DNA of 64,000 nucleotides from Candidatus Poribacteria bacterium (GTDB lineage: Bacteria; Poribacteria; WGA-4E; WGA-3G), in assembly GCA_965205025.1 (NCBI GenBank), contig CBDBFU010000020.1, positions 192,001-256,000 of the forward strand, given 5' to 3'. Shown piece by piece: positions 59,473 through 64,000 of the stretch. Made by a program: the position numbers and the translations under genes. The notes beneath the pieces are model-generated. The model did no database searches. It was given only the letters and a program-made list of their open reading frames with translations, and had not been told where the DNA came from. Each line of letters begins with the position of its first letter. Position 1 is the stretch's first letter.

Positions 59473-62298
59473 TTATTTGGCATCCATCCAGTTATCCCCA
59501 ATACCTGTTTCAGTACGTAAAGGCACACGAAGCGATAGAGCATTTTGCATTTCTTCCGCAACAATCCCTGCATGTAATTCTACCAACTCATCTGGTGATT
59601 CAAGAACAAGTTCATCATGGATTTGCAATAATAACTTCATAGGTAATTTATCTTTATCTATCCGATGTTGAACTTTTACCATCGCTGCTTTGATTAGGTC
59701 GGCTGCAGATCCCTGAATAACCGTATTAACTGCTAAACGTTCACCAAGACTTTTACGGTTTTGCGATGTTTCAAATATCTCAGGGATTGCACGACGACGA
59801 CCTGTTAATGTTGAAACATAACCATGTTCTAAAGCATGTTGTATACAGTTATGGAAGAATGTGTTAATTCCAGGATACCGTTCTTTGTAATTTGCAATTA
59901 ACTCTCTTGCTTCTTCAACATTCATTCCTTGAATACGTCTTGCTAAACCGGATGGAGAAACACCATAGATGATACCAAAATTGACAATTTTAGCTTTATC
60001 TCTAAGATCTCTGGTTACCTCTTCAGTTGGTATTTTAAATACCTCTGAGGCAACTGAGGTATGGATATCCATATCCTGAGTGAATATTTCTATCAGTTTA
60101 ACGTCTTCACTAAAATGTGCAAGTACTCGTAACTCAATTTGTGAATAATCAGCACAAATCAACTTATAGCCATCTGGTGATTTAAAAGCACGTCTTACTT
60201 TTCTGCCAATCTCTGATCTTACAGGTATGTTCTGTAAATTTGGACTATCCGATTGAAGCCTACCAGTGGCAGTAGTCAACTGATAAAGATGAGTATGTAT
60301 CCTATTGGTTTTTTTACTGATAGATCCACGCAGTTGCCCAAGGTATGTACTTTGTAGATTTCTACATTGACGGAATTCAAGGATTAGTCGAGGGACACTG
60401 GTTTTTGGATCATTAATATTCTCCTGTGCAGCCAGTGCTTCAAGTACATTTGCATCTGTGGAATACTTCCCTGTCTTAGTCTTCCTAATAGGTTTAAAAC
60501 CAATGTCATCAAATAATATTTCTGCTAACCTACTCGGTGATCCTATATTGAATGGATAACCGACTAAATCGTAAATCTCTTTTTCGCTCTTCTCAACCAT
60601 CTCGTCTACTACCTTGCTTTGTTTTTCTAATTCTTCCCCATCACACACGATACCATTGAATTCCATCAAAGCAAGAATTGGGGCAAGTGGTGACTCTATA
60701 TCTCTAACTAACTCATCTGTTTGGGTTTCCTCAAGCTTTGGTTTAAAATAATGGTATAATTGAAGGACTATATCAGTGTCTTCACATGCATATTTGCAGA
60801 CCAATTCAATTGGAATTTTATCAATTGAAATAGCGTCTTTCTCTTCCCCTATTAATTCTGATAAAGGTATCATCTTATGACTCAGATGAATTATTGCAAG
60901 GTTATCCAAATTATGTGAAGGTTGTCTTGGATCAGCAAGTTGACTTGCTAACATTGTATCAAAGACAACACCTTGCAATTGGACACCATGACGAATAAAG
61001 ATACTTGCATCATACTTCAAATTGTGTCCACATTTGTATAAATCAGGATCTTCTAAGAGTGGTTTAAGTTTAGAGATAACTGTTTCTTCATCAAGATGAG
61101 TCTCAGGATTTGGAGATCTAATAGGTACATAAACACCTTGATGATGTTCCCATGAAAAACTTATACCACATAGAGCAGCAGTCCTATCTAATCCATTTGT
61201 TTCGGTATCTACAGCAAAAATCTTCTCTGATGATAGGGTTTCAACCAAAGATGTTAATTGATCCTCAGTAGTGATAGCAGAATAGTTTCCAGTTTCTGCA
61301 GTGGTAAAATCACCTTTTTCTATAATGGCATCTTTCTCGAGTTCCATTGCTTCTAAACGTTCTTTTCTGGTTGTCTTGACTTCGGTTAAAACCTGATCTG
61401 TCATCATAGTGCCATTAGAAAGGTCTTCGATTGATCCCATGAAACGCTTCATATCAAGTTGTTCCATCAAAGGTTTGATTTTACTAAGATTAGGAGGCTT
61501 GACTTTAGCATCTGCAAGTTTGAAATCCAGATTGGCATCACATGTAAGTGTAACCAATTTTTGGGATAGAGATATATAATCTTGTGCTTTCTCTAAATTC
61601 TCGCGTCGTTTCCCTTTGATCTGTTCTATATTCTCATATATTCCGCTAATTGAACCAAATTCTTGTATCAATTTCGCAGCCGTTTTTAATCCTACACCCT
61701 CTACTCCTGGGACATTATCTGAAGAATCACCCATCAATGCAAGGAGATCAATAACTTGGTCAGGGGTAATACCTTTGTTCTCCATTAGTGCATCAGTGTC
61801 AATAATCTTATCATTATGTATATCAAACATCGTCACCCTATTACATAATAACTGTTCAAGATCTTTATCCTTTGACACAATACGTACTTGGACATCTTGT
61901 GTATCTGGTGAATCCAATACATAATGTGTGACAGAAGCAATTATATCATCTGCTTCAAGTTCAGGCTTTCCAAGAACTGGTATATCAAATGCTTCAAGTA
62001 ATTGTTGTATCCTTGGAATCTGTGTAACTAACTCATCGGGGGGAGTTCGACGATGTCCCTTATATTCTTCATACATTTCATTTCTAAAAGTATCACCGGG
62101 AGTATCAATTGCAGCAAGAATATATTGTGCTTTGTAATCACATAAAAGCTTCATTAATGTACCTGTAAACCCAAAGATGGCATTTGTGGGTTCACCAGTA
62201 ACCGAACTAACTAACCGGTTTTGTATTGCATAAAACGAACGGAAAATCTCTGCCATTGTATCAAGAATATAGATTGTTTTTGTATTTTCTTTTGTCAT
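59473..62298 (-). CDS. polA: DNA polymerase I
   Basis: 5' nuclease (EADD, DKDL, GDSSDNVPGV), 3'-5' exonuclease (VDTET, GHNLKYD), polymerase motifs ADYSQIELR, AKIVNFGIIYG, QIHDEL. Confidence 0.97.
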   Translation of the reverse strand: MTKENTKTIYILDTMAEIFRSFYAIQNRLVSSVTGEPTNAIFGFTGTLMKLLCDYKAQYILAAIDTPGDTFRNEMYEEYKGHRRTPPDELVTQIPRIQQLLEAFDIPVLGKPELEADDIIASVTHYVLDSPDTQDVQVRIVSKDKDLEQLLCNRVTMFDIHNDKIIDTDALMENKGITPDQVIDLLALMGDSSDNVPGVEGVGLKTAAKLIQEFGSISGIYENIEQIKGKRRENLEKAQDYISLSQKLVTLTCDANLDFKLADAKVKPPNLSKIKPLMEQLDMKRFMGSIEDLSNGTMMTDQVLTEVKTTRKERLEAMELEKDAIIEKGDFTTAETGNYSAITTEDQLTSLVETLSSEKIFAVDTETNGLDRTAALCGISFSWEHHQGVYVPIRSPNPETHLDEETVISKLKPLLEDPDLYKCGHNLKYDASIFIRHGVQLQGVVFDTMLASQLADPRQPSHNLDNLAIIHLSHKMIPLSELIGEEKDAISIDKIPIELVCKYACEDTDIVLQLYHYFKPKLEETQTDELVRDIESPLAPILALMEFNGIVCDGEELEKQSKVVDEMVEKSEKEIYDLVGYPFNIGSPSRLAEILFDDIGFKPIRKTKTGKYSTDANVLEALAAQENINDPKTSVPRLILEFRQCRNLQSTYLGQLRGSISKKTNRIHTHLYQLTTATGRLQSDSPNLQNIPVRSEIGRKVRRAFKSPDGYKLICADYSQIELRVLAHFSEDVKLIEIFTQDMDIHTSVASEVFKIPTEEVTRDLRDKAKIVNFGIIYGVSPSGLARRIQGMNVEEARELIANYKERYPGINTFFHNCIQHALEHGYVSTLTGRRRAIPEIFETSQNRKSLGERLAVNTVIQGSAADLIKAAMVKVQHRIDKDKLPMKLLLQIHDELVLESPDELVELHAGIVAEEMQNALSLRVPLRTETGIGDNWMDAK

Positions 62299-62335
62299 AT
62301 TGTCATCCTTAAATTTTGTACATTATATAAATAAA

Positions 62336-63421
62336 TCAGGAATGTGGATAATGCCATTTTCTAAGTGAATCGGAAGCTGATAATCCTGCTTCTTGCCCAA
62401 GGGCAAATGCTGTGGCTATAAGGTTTCTCTCACCAGAAATTATATCTCCTGCAGCATATAAGCCGGGAATGGGGTCACCCTTACTATCCAACATTTGCAT
62501 GTCCTCATTCGTAATAATCAGTCCTTCATCATCCTTTTGATAGTCCCATCCATTAAGGAACTTTGTATTAGGAATTAACCCTTCGTCAACCAAGAAACCG
62601 TGAAAAAACAATTCGGTCCCATCAACCATTTCAAAACCGAGTAAATCGGTTTTTTCTCCTATATGACGTTTGATCCCTGTTTCAATTATGTCAATGTTTC
62701 TCTCTTCCACCTGCTCAAGAACAGGAGAAGACATACCGTGAGGTCGTCCATTTGTTAGGATTGTTATCTTATCAGTAAAATCTTGAGCTCCAATTGCTGC
62801 TTCATAAATATAGTCACCAACACCCAATAGAGCGAGATGTTCATTCACATGTAGATGGCCATCACATCGTATACAAACATGCCAACCTTTACGGTTCCCG
62901 GCGTATCTAAATACCGTTGCATACTGCTTATATAATCGAATTTCATCAGCTTGAAACTCAATATCTGGCCATTTATCATCAAATCCTGAGGCAACTACAA
63001 CTGTCCGTGATGTAAATTGCTCTATCTGTAAAGGATTATCTTTTTTCAAAGGAGATGTTGATGCTTCTATGACAAAAATATCATCCTTCTTAGTCAACTT
63101 AGTTACAAGTCCGTCCCTGATTTCAATACCTGTCTTACGTTGTTCATCTCCAAGCATGAATTCAACAACAGAACGACTTTCCATCCATCTCATCAATTCT
63201 TTAGCAAAGTTAGGTCCTATAATTCCAGGAAAAACCGGCGCATCTTCAATCTCGACAGACTTAGACCAGTATGCTCTACCACGACTGAAACTAACTTTAC
63301 CGGAATGTAGAACAAGAACATGACGCATTTGATGACTTGCTGATATCGCTGCTTGTGTTCCAGCAGGACCAGCCCCAATGACAACTACATCGTAAATAGT
63401 TTCTGACATAACAATACTCAC
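62336..63421 (-). CDS. Thioredoxin-reductase-like FAD-dependent oxidoreductase
   Basis: VIGAGPAG, VVASG, CIRCDG redox motif, GLYAAGD. Confidence 0.85.
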   Translation of the reverse strand: MSIVMSETIYDVVVIGAGPAGTQAAISASHQMRHVLVLHSGKVSFSRGRAYWSKSVEIEDAPVFPGIIGPNFAKELMRWMESRSVVEFMLGDEQRKTGIEIRDGLVTKLTKKDDIFVIEASTSPLKKDNPLQIEQFTSRTVVVASGFDDKWPDIEFQADEIRLYKQYATVFRYAGNRKGWHVCIRCDGHLHVNEHLALLGVGDYIYEAAIGAQDFTDKITILTNGRPHGMSSPVLEQVEERNIDIIETGIKRHIGEKTDLLGFEMVDGTELFFHGFLVDEGLIPNTKFLNGWDYQKDDEGLIITNEDMQMLDSKGDPIPGLYAAGDIISGERNLIATAFALGQEAGLSASDSLRKWHYPHS

Positions 63422-63480
63422 ATATCTCAGTATCTACGTATATGCACGAAAATACATCTATATATGGTTACACTTTTTAT

Positions 63481-64000
63481 CTAAATCCCATACTTTTTCC
63501 ATTTATCATTTACAAGTTCAATTATTTCTTCAGACATCTGTATTTCTGGTGGCCATTCTCTATGGTATCCTTCTTCCTCCCATTTAGTTGTGGCATCAAT
63601 TCCCATTTTTGATCCTGCTCCGAGTAAAGGTGCAGCGTGATCTAAAACATCTACAGGTCCTTCAACGATAGTAACATCTCGTTTTGGATCAACATTACTT
63701 CCTACATAGAACAATACTTCTTCAACATTTTGTACATCTACATCTTTGTCAACCACAATAATGACTTTACTAAACATTAGTTGTCCAAGTCCCCAAAAAC
63801 TGTGCATTATTTTCTTCGCATGATATGGATATCGTTTATCAATAGATATTAATGCGAAGTTGTGAAATACACCAAATAATGGTAGGTTCATATCAACCAA
63901 TTCAGGAAGTTGTGTCTTAATTAGAGGCATAAAGATACGTTCAGTAGCTTTCCCCATATAACAATCTTCCATTGGGGGTTTTCCAACAATGATGGTCTGA
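63481..64000 (-). CDS. UbiD-family (menaquinone/futalosine pathway-type) decarboxylase, 5' end outside the window
   Basis: TIIVGKPPMEDCYMG, SIDKRYP, WGLGQLMFSK, GPVDVLDHA, SKMGIDAT; the frame stays open to the window edge. Confidence 0.9.
   Translation of the reverse strand, partial: QTIIVGKPPMEDCYMGKATERIFMPLIKTQLPELVDMNLPLFGVFHNFALISIDKRYPYHAKKIMHSFWGLGQLMFSKVIIVVDKDVDVQNVEEVLFYVGSNVDPKRDVTIVEGPVDVLDHAAPLLGAGSKMGIDATTKWEEEGYHREWPPEIQMSEEIIELVNDKWKKYGI

Overview
AT-rich bacterial chromosomal window made mostly of housekeeping genes. It is probably from Candidatus Poribacteria; this is an inference from a LamG protein ending in an AVxxxxKxxTTWGxIK tail plus PhyH, sulfatase-family and Gfo/Idh/MocA genes. 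The left end is a minus-strand dcw cluster (rsmH-ftsL-ftsI-murE-alpha/beta hydrolase-membrane-anchored murF-ddl-mraY-murD partial). It is followed by nadD-yacG-yqeK-rsfS, metabolic genes, a two-gene DUF6178-like pair, comF-smc, recG, a long DUF368-nadK-recN-ior-aroE-zapA-OmpA-OMP-O-antigen-ligase run, tandem Hsp20 genes behind a sigma54 promoter, a degenerate AAA+ protein, an RRM gene with a long structured leader, polA and a partial UbiD-family gene. The intergenic DNA contains three copies of a TIR-bounded MITE-like element carrying GTAG/REP-like hairpins, ISAs1 and ISKra4/ISLre2-like transposase remnants, and an ~820-bp AT-rich cassette with two Fur-like boxes bracketed by ~89-bp inverted repeats. 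ftsI, rsmH, nadD and one PhyH gene carry homopolymer frameshifts that are most likely sequencing errors. No rRNA, tRNA or CRISPR array was seen.
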